Of a stretch of 64,000 bases of DNA, positions 19,437 to 28,027 are shown in pieces. Both the position numbers and the translations under genes were made by a program. The stretch is from the IMG/VR virus record IMGVR_UViG_3300037067_012588. One strand, 5' to 3'. A model generated the notes under the pieces. The model was given only the letters and a program-made list of their open reading frames with translations, was not told where the DNA came from and searched no databases. Position 1 is the first letter of the stretch. Every line of letters begins with the position of its first letter. Origin of the DNA: a virus. Lineage: Duplodnaviria; Caudoviricetes.

Positions 19437-19478
19437 CTCTATTCTCCTTTTGGTTGTTCTTCGTTTTTCACAAAAGAA

Positions 19479-19486
19479 CATCGTCC
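19479..19486 (-). promoter_or_regulatory. GGACGATG upstream motif
   Basis: Intergenic, about 43 nt upstream of the start at 19436. Confidence 0.55.
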
Positions 19487-19521
19487 AGAAGGAGGAATTT
19501 TGGGAACAATTATCAAAAACC

Positions 19522-19659
19522 TTACAGAATCCCCATGCCCTTCAGTATGGACTCAAGACCAACAGCAATCGCACCAAGGATAAACAAAATGGGAATTATC
19601 GCACTACACCCAACCTTGTCACTAGCATCGCCATAATCACCATGAAATTTCCAGCTCAT
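19522..19659 (-). CDS. 45-aa membrane peptide (not in the ORF track)
   Basis: MSWKFHGDYG...IIPILFILGAIAVGL; AAGGAG RBS. Confidence 0.55.
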   Translation of the reverse strand: MSWKFHGDYGDASDKVGCSAIIPILFILGAIAVGLESILKGMGIL

Positions 19660-19707
19660 CGAAATCTCTCCTTAGTCAGCTCGTACACCTCACAAATAAC
19701 CGTATTG

Positions 19708-19738
19708 GCCCTTGTCTGTTTTTCAGGCAGACAAGGGC
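19708..19738. repeat. 11-bp perfect inverted repeat after NAMPT
   Basis: GCCCTTGTCTG-9 nt-CAGACAAGGGC; no U-tract on the minus strand. Confidence 0.6.
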
Positions 19739-19747
19739 TAAACCCAA

Positions 19748-21142
19748 TCAAAGACGAGCGTTATGACGAACCTGATCGAAGTTATAACATGTGACGATTT
19801 TTCCGTCTTCAAACACGGTAACAAGATCATCCTTACGACCGTTCAACTCGCTTGCCAATATGGTCTTATAAACACCATCCTCTTTTACAAGAGCCATACG
19901 ACCCTTCTTGCTTGTCTTCGTCTTGTCAACAGGGTCCTTGAAAATGTCATACCACTTCCCATCACGGCACTGTGCGCAGCTTTTGAACGCAAACCGTTGA
20001 GTGTCACGGTTCACCTTCTGGAGGAGTCCGCCGCCCATGCCGAAGCAAGCAATATTTTCAATACTCCATCCAGCGTTTTTCATCGCAAACATGATATCAT
20101 AAATCATGTCGAAATTCAAACCATCGCCCCACAAGAGACGAATCTTCGGATTCAAAGTTTTGAATCCCTTACTGTTAACGATGAATCCGAACTTTGCCCC
20201 AAGAATATCAAGACACCTCAATACCGTGCTGACGGGGTCTCCGCTATCAGGGCGAACCACAAACACGCCATCACGAGCAAGAATTTCTTCACGCAACACG
20301 CCGCCAATAATATTCTCGCAATAATTGAAGATGTCATAGCTATCTCCAACATCGCTCAAGATACCCCTCGGGAACTTCTTGAGAAGCTGACGGACAATAT
20401 CAACCTCACCATCCTTGCCAAGAGCCGTTTTTACGCTGTGTTCGCTCGCAGGTACACTGAACCCGCAAACGTCTGCCCCGTAATAATACTCAGCATACTC
20501 AATTCCACGAATGGTATCTGTTCCGTTGAAGTTAATCAGGTGAGCCATGCCGCCCAATCCCGCACTCTCAACACTGCTGACGCCACGATACCCGAAATCA
20601 TGAAGCATCCACGGCAAACCAGCGTCACTGTCAGCCGTCTCATGAAGGAATCGCTGGATTTGTTCCTTGACCTTGCGACTCAACGTTGCGACCGTGCTTG
20701 TATACCAAACGTGTGTGAGAATGGTTTCGAGATAATTCGTCAACGGAGCACACTTCGGATCGGTATTCACAACTGTCATCAGGATGTTGCTGTTTGGAAC
20801 GACTGTCCCTTCAGGAACCGCACGAATACGAACTGGCAAACAACCATCGTGATTCTTCAGAATGTGCTCCCACATGTCCCGATTGAACATCGTATCATCG
20901 CCGTTGAAATACTTCTTATAGAACTCGGCAGCATGCTCAATCTTTCCACGGGTAACAACCTGACCCACGAAGTATTGCGTGAGAATCGGCTGCAATCCAG
21001 CAAAGACAGTATAGCTGTATTTCGCACCATTCCTTGCCTCGAAATAGCTTTCAAGGTATTCTGTGCCCTCTGGAAGCATCTTCCAGTGGCCGGGCTTGTA
21101 ACCATCGGTTCCCAAAATCACATTGAACGGTGGAATAATCAT
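19748..21142 (-). CDS. nadV: nicotinamide phosphoribosyltransferase
   Basis: TDGYK.GH, LHDFGYRG, SVPASEHS, DSYD, VRPDSGDP, GMGGGLLQKVNRDT. Confidence 0.93.
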   Translation of the reverse strand: MIIPPFNVILGTDGYKPGHWKMLPEGTEYLESYFEARNGAKYSYTVFAGLQPILTQYFVGQVVTRGKIEHAAEFYKKYFNGDDTMFNRDMWEHILKNHDGCLPVRIRAVPEGTVVPNSNILMTVVNTDPKCAPLTNYLETILTHVWYTSTVATLSRKVKEQIQRFLHETADSDAGLPWMLHDFGYRGVSSVESAGLGGMAHLINFNGTDTIRGIEYAEYYYGADVCGFSVPASEHSVKTALGKDGEVDIVRQLLKKFPRGILSDVGDSYDIFNYCENIIGGVLREEILARDGVFVVRPDSGDPVSTVLRCLDILGAKFGFIVNSKGFKTLNPKIRLLWGDGLNFDMIYDIMFAMKNAGWSIENIACFGMGGGLLQKVNRDTQRFAFKSCAQCRDGKWYDIFKDPVDKTKTSKKGRMALVKEDGVYKTILASELNGRKDDLVTVFEDGKIVTCYNFDQVRHNARL

Positions 21143-21179
21143 TGTGTTCTCCTTTGGGGGTAACTTTTAACCCCCTTTG

Positions 21180-22001
21180 TCACTTCCATCCAAGCTTCGA
21201 ACGAACGAGTCCATACTCGTCTTCGTCTCCACGATACATCATCACACATTTTCCAGAAAGCGAAATTGTCAAAACATCTGGATCAAGAACCTCTTCATAT
21301 CCATCGTAACATAACTGAAACGATTGCCTGCTTTCGGCATCCAAACTCACATTTATCTCGTCGTCCTTCGACAACACAATCGGTCTGTTCGACAACTGAT
21401 GCGGACAAATAGGAACCAAAACCATGCCTTGAACATTTGGCGACATAATCGGTCCACCTGCCGACAAGGCATATGCTGTTGAACCTGTTGGCGTACTGAT
21501 TATAACGCCATCACCAGCAATCGTGGAAAGATGTTTTCCGTTTATCCCGACGACAACCTTCACGATGTTTCCTACTCGCTTCGGGGCACAAATGAACTCG
21601 TTCAGAGCGTAAAACTCACGAGTCTTGAAGCCAATGACAGTTTCAACGCACTTCAATAGCCAACGTTTTTGGAACTTTGCCTTACCTGACAGTATCGAAT
21701 GAAAGGCTTCGTAAAACCCTTCCTTGCTTGTCCCAGTCATATAACCAAGGTGTCCAACGTTGACATTCAACATCTTGTGCTGACGTCGATACCCAAGCCT
21801 ATGAACCGTATTGATTACCGTCCCGTCACCGCCAAGAACTATGACAAAGTCTTCATCATAGTTTCCATCTTTGGCAAGAACATCTTGCTTCGAAACAGAA
21901 ACTCTGCATTCGCACTTGCAAGTATCACAGAACGATTTAACAACCTCTGCGAACTGCAAAGCCTCTGGTTTGTTTTCGTTGGCGACGACAAGTATCTTCA
22001 C
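21180..22001 (-). CDS. nadK: NAD kinase
   Basis: VLGGDGT, NVGHLGY, ALNE, DGVIISTPTGSTAYALSAGGP. Confidence 0.93.
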   Translation of the reverse strand: MKILVVANENKPEALQFAEVVKSFCDTCKCECRVSVSKQDVLAKDGNYDEDFVIVLGGDGTVINTVHRLGYRRQHKMLNVNVGHLGYMTGTSKEGFYEAFHSILSGKAKFQKRWLLKCVETVIGFKTREFYALNEFICAPKRVGNIVKVVVGINGKHLSTIAGDGVIISTPTGSTAYALSAGGPIMSPNVQGMVLVPICPHQLSNRPIVLSKDDEINVSLDAESRQSFQLCYDGYEEVLDPDVLTISLSGKCVMMYRGDEDEYGLVRSKLGWK

Positions 22002-22445
22002 TCAGATTCTCCCGAACTTGCGCTTCAAGATTTCCAATGCACGGTCAAGACTCGGGAAATGAGGATTCGGAATCTCTCCCCAAATGTCCACCCATTGCCA
22101 TCCTTCGCACTTATCAGGCTCAGTATTGACAGGCTCAACCTCTTCTGCACAACGAAAAACGACAAACGACGTAATGTAATGCTTCCCTGACTCTGGAAAC
22201 AACTCCGTCTCTGTCGTCAAAATTTCAGTGTCGTCAATGCTTGTATTACAAACATATTCAACATCAATACCTGTTTCCTCTTTCACCTCTCTTGCAGCCG
22301 CAACGCCAATCGTTTCCCACTTGTCAATGTGACCGCCTGGCATACCATACCATCCATCACCAACGCCAGTCCCAATCCTCTTGCCAAGGAGAAACTTGTT
22401 GCCATTCATGACGAACGCAGCAACACCAACACTGATGTCGCTCAT
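22002..22445 (-). CDS. Nudix hydrolase (NUDT15-like)
   Basis: PGGH...ET...AAAREVKEETG; EPDKCEGWQW. Confidence 0.9.
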   Translation of the reverse strand: MSDISVGVAAFVMNGNKFLLGKRIGTGVGDGWYGMPGGHIDKWETIGVAAAREVKEETGIDVEYVCNTSIDDTEILTTETELFPESGKHYITSFVVFRCAEEVEPVNTEPDKCEGWQWVDIWGEIPNPHFPSLDRALEILKRKFGRI

Positions 22446-22579
22446 GTGTTCACCAATTCACTTTCGACAATGATGCTGAGCTGACCACACGCCGCACCAG
22501 CAGCAATCTCAGCCTGTGTTGCAACCGCAACAGCAAAATCATACCCAGCCGCTTCCAATTGCTTTTTAATGTCTTCCAT
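22442..22579 (-). CDS. 45-aa peptide matching the C-terminal catalytic-Cys segment (AACGQL) of RlmN/Cfr (not in the ORF track)
   Basis: MEDIKKQLEAAGYDFAVAVATQAEIAAGAACGQLSIIVESELVNT; own AAGGAG RBS; stop overlaps the next ATG. Confidence 0.8.
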   Translation of the reverse strand: MEDIKKQLEAAGYDFAVAVATQAEIAAGAACGQLSIIVESELVNT

Positions 22580-22593
22580 GATACGTCTCCTTC

Positions 22594-23379
22594 TCAGACC
22601 AAATTGACTGCTTCAATAACACCCAAACCAAGACCATTTGCTTCCGACACATCGTTCGGATTGATGGGCGATAATTTGATGAAAAAATACTTTGGGTCGA
22701 AATACTTCTTCAACCTCTCGATATCAAAATCCTTTTCATCGACAAGGGTCAGATTCACCGTTGTCTTTAGATTGCTTTGCGTCCGAATCTGACCAAGCTC
22801 CTCAATACTCATTTTACCATCCATCGGAATCAATTCGTCACGCCTTTTTTCGTCCAAACTGTGCAACGAAACTTGAAGTGTGATATTGTCTTTGACCCAC
22901 GAGAAATCGGAACCCTTAATGCCGATTGTCGAAACATAATGATGCACACAACCAGGAAACAACTTGTCGATACGAGTGATTGCAAGACGGACATCCTCTA
23001 GGTTCAGAAAAGGCTCACCCATTCGGGTATAGTTTATCTTAAACTCCTTGGCGTCTTGAACTCGATACTCCGAGTTTTGCTTAATCACGAAAGCAACCTG
23101 CGAAATAATTTCGTTCGCAGTAAGATTGCGACACTTTGAAAGCGATCCAGTTGCGCAAAACTTGCATCCGACAGGACATCCGCTCATAGTCGACACGCCA
23201 ACCATAAACCTTTCCGACCTGCTTCCAAGATCAACATCTTTCATTTTGTTAGCTCTACCTACGCAGAACTTGGTATAATACGGCAAAAAAGTATCCGTCA
23301 CCTCAATCGGAAAGCCATCATTTGTCTTGATAGCGTATACCGTTCCGTTTTTGAATGTTTTGCTTCGAACGACTTGCAT
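22594..23379 (-). CDS. RlmN/Cfr-like radical SAM enzyme, C-terminally truncated
   Basis: VSTMSGCPVGCKFCATG, RNLTANEI, RMGEPFLN, STIG, LQVSLHS...RDELIP. Confidence 0.85.
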   Translation of the reverse strand: MQVVRSKTFKNGTVYAIKTNDGFPIEVTDTFLPYYTKFCVGRANKMKDVDLGSRSERFMVGVSTMSGCPVGCKFCATGSLSKCRNLTANEIISQVAFVIKQNSEYRVQDAKEFKINYTRMGEPFLNLEDVRLAITRIDKLFPGCVHHYVSTIGIKGSDFSWVKDNITLQVSLHSLDEKRRDELIPMDGKMSIEELGQIRTQSNLKTTVNLTLVDEKDFDIERLKKYFDPKYFFIKLSPINPNDVSEANGLGLGVIEAVNLV

Positions 23380-23381
23380 CT

Positions 23382-23858
23382 TTACGCTCCATGATTCCTG
23401 TTTGTAACGAAGTCGATATATTTCCGACTTATGACAAAGTCGATGACAGTGCGAACAAGGACATCGTAAACGGGAGGATTGACATCTTCCATATCAAACC
23501 CAACCATGTCATACCAGCCCCACCCCTCACACTTGTTCGGCTCCATGTTCTTTGGCTCATCATCTCCCTGATAGTGAGCGAAAAGATAGATGGTTGCATA
23601 TTGAAGATTCTCAACAGGAAAAAACTCATCCCGTGCCGTCAGAATGACAGCGGACTCAACATCAAGCCCTGTCTCTTCCTTGACCTCACGGATAGCACAA
23701 TCAACCAGCGTCTCACCCTTCTCAAGGTGTCCACCCGGAAGCGAATACAAACCAGCCCCATGCGAACCCTTGCGCTTGCCGAGCAAGAAACGACGGCGAT
23801 TCTTGTTAAACACAAATACGTCGACCCCAACCATCGGCATGTCGGTTCTCTTTTTCAT
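23382..23858 (-). CDS. Nudix hydrolase (paralog of 22002-22445)
   Basis: LPGGHLEKGET...REVKEETG; EPNKCEGWGW. Confidence 0.9.
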   Translation of the reverse strand: MKKRTDMPMVGVDVFVFNKNRRRFLLGKRKGSHGAGLYSLPGGHLEKGETLVDCAIREVKEETGLDVESAVILTARDEFFPVENLQYATIYLFAHYQGDDEPKNMEPNKCEGWGWYDMVGFDMEDVNPPVYDVLVRTVIDFVISRKYIDFVTNRNHGA

Positions 23859-23864
23859 TGGAGC

Positions 23865-24098
23865 TTATCCTCCCGCTTTCATCCAATCGCCAATTCCGAG
23901 GTACTCCATTGCACAAGCACCGTGAAGGAGAACCAAAACAAAAATGACAACAGACGCTATTGCAAAAAGAAGCTGATCTCGTTGCCGAAGAAGATGTTCT
24001 CGTTTCTGTTCCTCTGTCGGAGCGGGGTAAAGACGACCACAAAACTCCGTCTCGTCGTCGTACTCTGCCAACCTTTGCCGTATCTCTTTTGCCTTCAC
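23865..24098 (-). CDS. small membrane protein
   Basis: One TM segment; GTG start after AAGGAG. Confidence 0.6.
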   Translation of the reverse strand: MKAKEIRQRLAEYDDETEFCGRLYPAPTEEQKREHLLRQRDQLLFAIASVVIFVLVLLHGACAMEYLGIGDWMKAGG

Positions 24099-24153
24099 GG
24101 GTGTTCTCCTTTGTTCAACTATTCAACTACTCAACTGAAATTCACTACCAATA

Positions 24154-24161
24154 CATCGTCC
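24154..24161 (-). promoter_or_regulatory. GGACGATG upstream motif
   Basis: Intergenic, about 56 nt upstream of the start at 24098. Confidence 0.55.
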
Positions 24162-24187
24162 GAGAAAGGAAAAACTCAGCGTGAAAA

Positions 24188-25159
24188 TCACTTTTCCTTT
24201 GGAGGATACGGAATAACCTGCCCGTCTGTCCAACCAGTCGCCTTCTCTTCCCGCTTGGCAAAGCGAAGTTTGGACTTGGCGCACAATATCTTCAACAGCG
24301 GACGGTGTTCGGCAACCAAATCACTCTCGTGAATATCAGCCGCCTCAAACCAGCGCAGCTCGAAAATGTCATCATCGGGTGTCGGGATACCAAACGTGTG
24401 CTCAGCCTCGAACAAACACGTCATAATCTTGTCCATCTCCCGACGATACCGCCAATCATCAACAATATGGCTGCCAAGAAATTGCGGCTCGCTGATTTCG
24501 ATATGAGCTTCTTCCTGAACCTCACGACGTGCCGAGACCTCCAGCGTCTCGCACTGGACGAACCCACCAATGAATCGGAAAAGGGTTTCCTCTTTCTTCC
24601 GAGCCATCAGAAGCCTCTTGTGGTCTGTATCCCAGATTGCGACATCAATCGTCGGGATACTGCGAGGGTATTGATTGTATGCCGCCCAGATTACACCCGC
24701 ACGAAACAACGGGTCAGCCTTGACTTCGGTGCTGATTTTGGTACGAATCTCAGCACCACTGATATAGGATTCCTGTTCAAGTTCGCATGTCGAATACCGC
24801 CCCGTATACCCATCAATGCACGATTCCCGACCGCCATAAATGACGACCGTTTTGCCGGGTCCAACAAGGTCACTGATTTGGCTGTCGAGACTCTTGCTCC
24901 AAACTTCATCACGGGCAACATCCTTGATATAGAGGACATTGGCCGTGGGAAACTGGTCAAGAATCATTTGCTTGCGACTCTCGAAGTCGAGAGGGTTGTT
25001 TCGGGTAACACGGCACGGGGAAAGCCCAAGAAAAATGAGAACCTTGCTATGGGCTTTGACAACAGAACCGATGAGGTTGAGGTGAGCTTCGTGAAGGTCG
25101 TCGACTTGGAACCTGCCGACTAAAACACCAACATCTGCCTTGGGCAGTTTTGGTTGCAT
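24188..25159 (-). CDS. nadM: bifunctional NMN adenylyltransferase / ADP-ribose Nudix hydrolase (NadM-Nudix)
   Basis: VGRFQ...HEAH, NPL, SGAEIR; C-terminal GGF...REVQEE. Confidence 0.9.
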   Translation of the reverse strand: MQPKLPKADVGVLVGRFQVDDLHEAHLNLIGSVVKAHSKVLIFLGLSPCRVTRNNPLDFESRKQMILDQFPTANVLYIKDVARDEVWSKSLDSQISDLVGPGKTVVIYGGRESCIDGYTGRYSTCELEQESYISGAEIRTKISTEVKADPLFRAGVIWAAYNQYPRSIPTIDVAIWDTDHKRLLMARKKEETLFRFIGGFVQCETLEVSARREVQEEAHIEISEPQFLGSHIVDDWRYRREMDKIMTCLFEAEHTFGIPTPDDDIFELRWFEAADIHESDLVAEHRPLLKILCAKSKLRFAKREEKATGWTDGQVIPYPPKEK

Positions 25160-25359
25160 CTTTCTTCTCCTTGCGCCATTGCATCATTGCATCAGACGGA
25201 AACGGATTGGATAACGCCACAAAAATGTCTGTACCTTTTGGTCTTACATTCTGTCTCTCCTTGCAAAAACCCACTACCTATCGCAGTCTTTGGGTACTGA
25301 ATACACCATTGTTATACGGTTCAACGAACAAAAGCAAACGAAAAATCGAATTTTTTATT

Positions 25360-25545
25360 TCAGATTCGAAAAAGTTTTCTGGCGACAGCCATTAGTCGCC
25401 CAAGCCAACCAGAGTCACAACCAATTGCCCTTTCCACCTCATAAGGACAGCCTTCATCCGACAAAAAGCAGAACTTTTCGTTGGGAGTTTTCGGCGCAGA
25501 AGACGTAAGCGCCAGATATTTCTCACAGGTTTTCGGGCAGCCCAT
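25360..25545 (-). CDS. small Cys-rich protein, divergent family member
   Basis: CPKTC ... GCPYEVER. Confidence 0.5.
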   Translation of the reverse strand: MGCPKTCEKYLALTSSAPKTPNEKFCFLSDEGCPYEVERAIGCDSGWLGRLMAVARKLFRI

Positions 25546-26017
25546 CCTGAATCTTTCCGTGCTGTTCGCACTTGTCAAACACTACGCCAAATTGCCCATA
25601 GTGTCCATTCTCATCCTTGATGTTGTACTCTTCATTTCCCTTCATGGAACGGAACCTCAAGCCTGACTCGACAACCATGACCCCAGACCTCTTGCACTCT
25701 GAGCAGCGATAGAAAGCCCCGCCTTCGGCAACAACATCCTCTTCCTGTTTGGTTAGCAACTCACATGCCGTACAAAGCTCTGGATTCGGAATTCTTTCTC
25801 CTTCGAGGATATGCCTTCCAAGAACCTCGATGAGTGTCGCACCGCATCCGCATTTTGACGTAACCTCAGCCCCGTAGACGAACGCCTGACAGTTTGGACA
25901 CTGAACGACCAAGCTACGCCTCGACAACGCAACCACACGCCTCACAACCTTCCCGCAGCGGCGACAAAACGTTGGATGCTTACTTGAGCCATCCGATTCG
26001 TTAATAATGACCTTCAT
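25523..26017 (-). CDS. multi zinc-ribbon protein
   Basis: CRRC, CPNC, CGC, CTAC, CSEC. Confidence 0.7.
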   Translation of the reverse strand: MKVIINESDGSSKHPTFCRRCGKVVRRVVALSRRSLVVQCPNCQAFVYGAEVTSKCGCGATLIEVLGRHILEGERIPNPELCTACELLTKQEEDVVAEGGAFYRCSECKRSGVMVVESGLRFRSMKGNEEYNIKDENGHYGQFGVVFDKCEQHGKIQDGLPENL

Positions 26018-26247
26018 TTGTTCTCCTGCGAAACAACATGCTCTGTTTCAAACAAACACCATTTTGGAGGAGCCTCATTGATCTTTACTCCATCTTGAGA
26101 CGAAAGAGAACGGCAATACACAACACCATTCTTCCACGCCACCTCATCAAGCTTTTCCCATTTCCGAAACCTACAAACATCATTGCCAAACACTTGCTTG
26201 CCTGATTTTTGGAGAATGCACAGCTTACAGATCCCTTTGTTCAGCAC
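26014..26247 (-). CDS. CxxC...EH-family small Cys-rich protein
   Basis: KGICKLC...WKNGVVYC...PPKWCLFETEHVVSQE. Confidence 0.75.
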   Translation of the reverse strand: MLNKGICKLCILQKSGKQVFGNDVCRFRKWEKLDEVAWKNGVVYCRSLSSQDGVKINEAPPKWCLFETEHVVSQENK

Positions 26248-26530
26248 TCTGATTCTCCTGCGCAATAACGTGCTCAGTCTCAAAAGGACACCAATCTGGC
26301 GTGCCAAAGAAAATCCTTGTTGCCCTTGACTCTTCGGCGGCGTCTGTAAGAAGAAATCCTTTTATCCTATCGTCAAATCGACACCGAACAATCCCATGAC
26401 TCCACGCAACATCATCGTCTACACCCCAACCCTTGAATCTGCATACCTTGTCCATCAAAGCAATATCACCGCAAGCGAGTTTGCCTGCCGACATTTCGAT
26501 ACATTTTTTACAAACCTCTTTGCTCAGCAT
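26225..26530 (-). CDS. CxxC...CPFxxEH-family small Cys-rich protein
   Basis: KEVCKKC...WSHGIVRC...PDWCPFETEHVIAQE. Confidence 0.78.
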   Translation of the reverse strand: MLSKEVCKKCIEMSAGKLACGDIALMDKVCRFKGWGVDDDVAWSHGIVRCRFDDRIKGFLLTDAAEESRATRIFFGTPDWCPFETEHVIAQENQSAEQRDL

Positions 26531-26832
26531 TTTTTGCCTTCAGATACAATGTGCTCAGTGGCATATGGACAATGACTCGGTGGCTCGTCCCAAGATTTTG
26601 CCCTCTGAACGCAGCCACTGTCTGGACAAACAATCCGACAACGCACCTCGCCAAATCTCCACGTTCTTTCGTCATCGTTGTTCCATTTGGTCAGAAAGGC
26701 ATTTCTCAACCCAGAAAGGTTAACGAATCCTTGGTCGCCAGTCCACTTCGAAAGGTCTTTCAAAGTGTTGTCATCCAGTCCTTTTTCACAGTATAGGTTT
26801 ACACAGGCAATACAAATGTCCTTGTTCAGCAT
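26524..26832 (-). CDS. CxxC...CPYxxEH-family small Cys-rich protein
   Basis: KDICIAC...WRFGEVRC...PPSHCPYATEHIVSE. Confidence 0.78.
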   Translation of the reverse strand: MLNKDICIACVNLYCEKGLDDNTLKDLSKWTGDQGFVNLSGLRNAFLTKWNNDDERTWRFGEVRCRIVCPDSGCVQRAKSWDEPPSHCPYATEHIVSEGKKC

Positions 26833-26855
26833 GTTGTCCTCCGTCCTATTCTATC

Positions 26856-26863
26856 ATTATACG
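26856..26863 (-). promoter_or_regulatory. CGTATAAT -10-like promoter element
   Basis: 24 nt upstream of the start at 26832; similar elements at 25311, 34312, 36274, 43812, 45184. Confidence 0.5.
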
Positions 26864-26885
26864 ACGGAAAGACTGATTCACAATA

Positions 26886-28016
26886 TCAATTCCTCATCAC
26901 TGCCTGAACAAGAAGAGCATAAGAATAATTGTCCGAACTCTGGCAAAATACCAAACCAAGATTTGAAGATAAGGCAACTGTTGCAGGATATGCATTAGTC
27001 AATGAGTCCGTGAAGTTTGTCGAATAGAACCTCGTCTCCGATTTTGGGTTTTTGAAGTTTGAAAGGTAAACTGGAAGATTTGACACCCCTTGAGAAGCTA
27101 CAAAAAAGTATGAATTATCAAATGAAGACACCGATGAATAATTCGCTATTGGATAATCAAACGAACCGTAATGCGTCTCATCTTGAACTATTGTTTTATC
27201 TCCAGCGATGTCTACGAAATTAAACGACAGAGAATTAGTATTTGAATGAATATACATATAACGGGTGAGAGACACTTGCGCAACTTTACGCATATATGTA
27301 TATCCAACTCCATTTTGTGAAAAATAATTCAACGTATATGGATTGAATGTTGTTCCCGACAAACCCACAACTTGGAAACCACGATAGTAGTTGCTCCCAG
27401 ACGTGAAAACAATTCCCAACAAATACTCATTCGTTCCACAGTTGTATATCTCACCACTGTTGCAGTTTGTCATCAATGATGTGATATTTGTATTTGTTTC
27501 TGCCGCCAGAGTTATGACATTCCCAGAAACATTGAAAAGCTGAAGATATTGACCAGTATAATTCTGATTTCCAGAATATAACATAAACTGGGTTGACGAT
27601 GTAGCAACGGAATCATGAATAGTGCTGGGAACAAGAGTTGCCAAACCTGAATATGTTGTCCCCGCTGTAATTGTGTTTGTTGATACATTGAGAACACAAT
27701 AGTATGACGTATATGACACCATCCAAGAAATAACAGCTTTCGTATCTGTTATACGAACAAGAGATATTTCTGAGATATTCGAACCTCCTGCTACTGTAAA
27801 TTGTGCCCCAAGAGTAATCGTTGCCCCATTTGTATAAACGATTCGAGCATATATACCATATGGACTCGAACCATATGAATACGCAATAATGGCTCGACTT
27901 GCAGATAATCGGCAAGGTTTCGAAAATGTGATATAACTATTTGAAGTGACAATAGTCTTTGCCGCCATCACCATACCGTTTCCAGCGACATATTTTGGTA
28001 TTCGATTTTGAATCAT
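26886..28016 (-). CDS. beta-propeller-like protein, possibly virion or receptor-binding
   Basis: S/T/Y/G-rich with roughly 50-aa repeating blades; N-terminus MIQNRIPKYV. Confidence 0.65.
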   Translation of the reverse strand: MIQNRIPKYVAGNGMVMAAKTIVTSNSYITFSKPCRLSASRAIIAYSYGSSPYGIYARIVYTNGATITLGAQFTVAGGSNISEISLVRITDTKAVISWMVSYTSYYCVLNVSTNTITAGTTYSGLATLVPSTIHDSVATSSTQFMLYSGNQNYTGQYLQLFNVSGNVITLAAETNTNITSLMTNCNSGEIYNCGTNEYLLGIVFTSGSNYYRGFQVVGLSGTTFNPYTLNYFSQNGVGYTYMRKVAQVSLTRYMYIHSNTNSLSFNFVDIAGDKTIVQDETHYGSFDYPIANYSSVSSFDNSYFFVASQGVSNLPVYLSNFKNPKSETRFYSTNFTDSLTNAYPATVALSSNLGLVFCQSSDNYSYALLVQAVMRN

Positions 28017-28027
28017 CTTTCACTCCC

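Noticed and set aside
19763-21163. Long plus-strand ORFs (e.g. 19763-21163, 60752-61819, 23355-24332, 9153-9959)
   Set aside because: Antisense shadows of clearly identifiable minus-strand genes, with no motifs of their own
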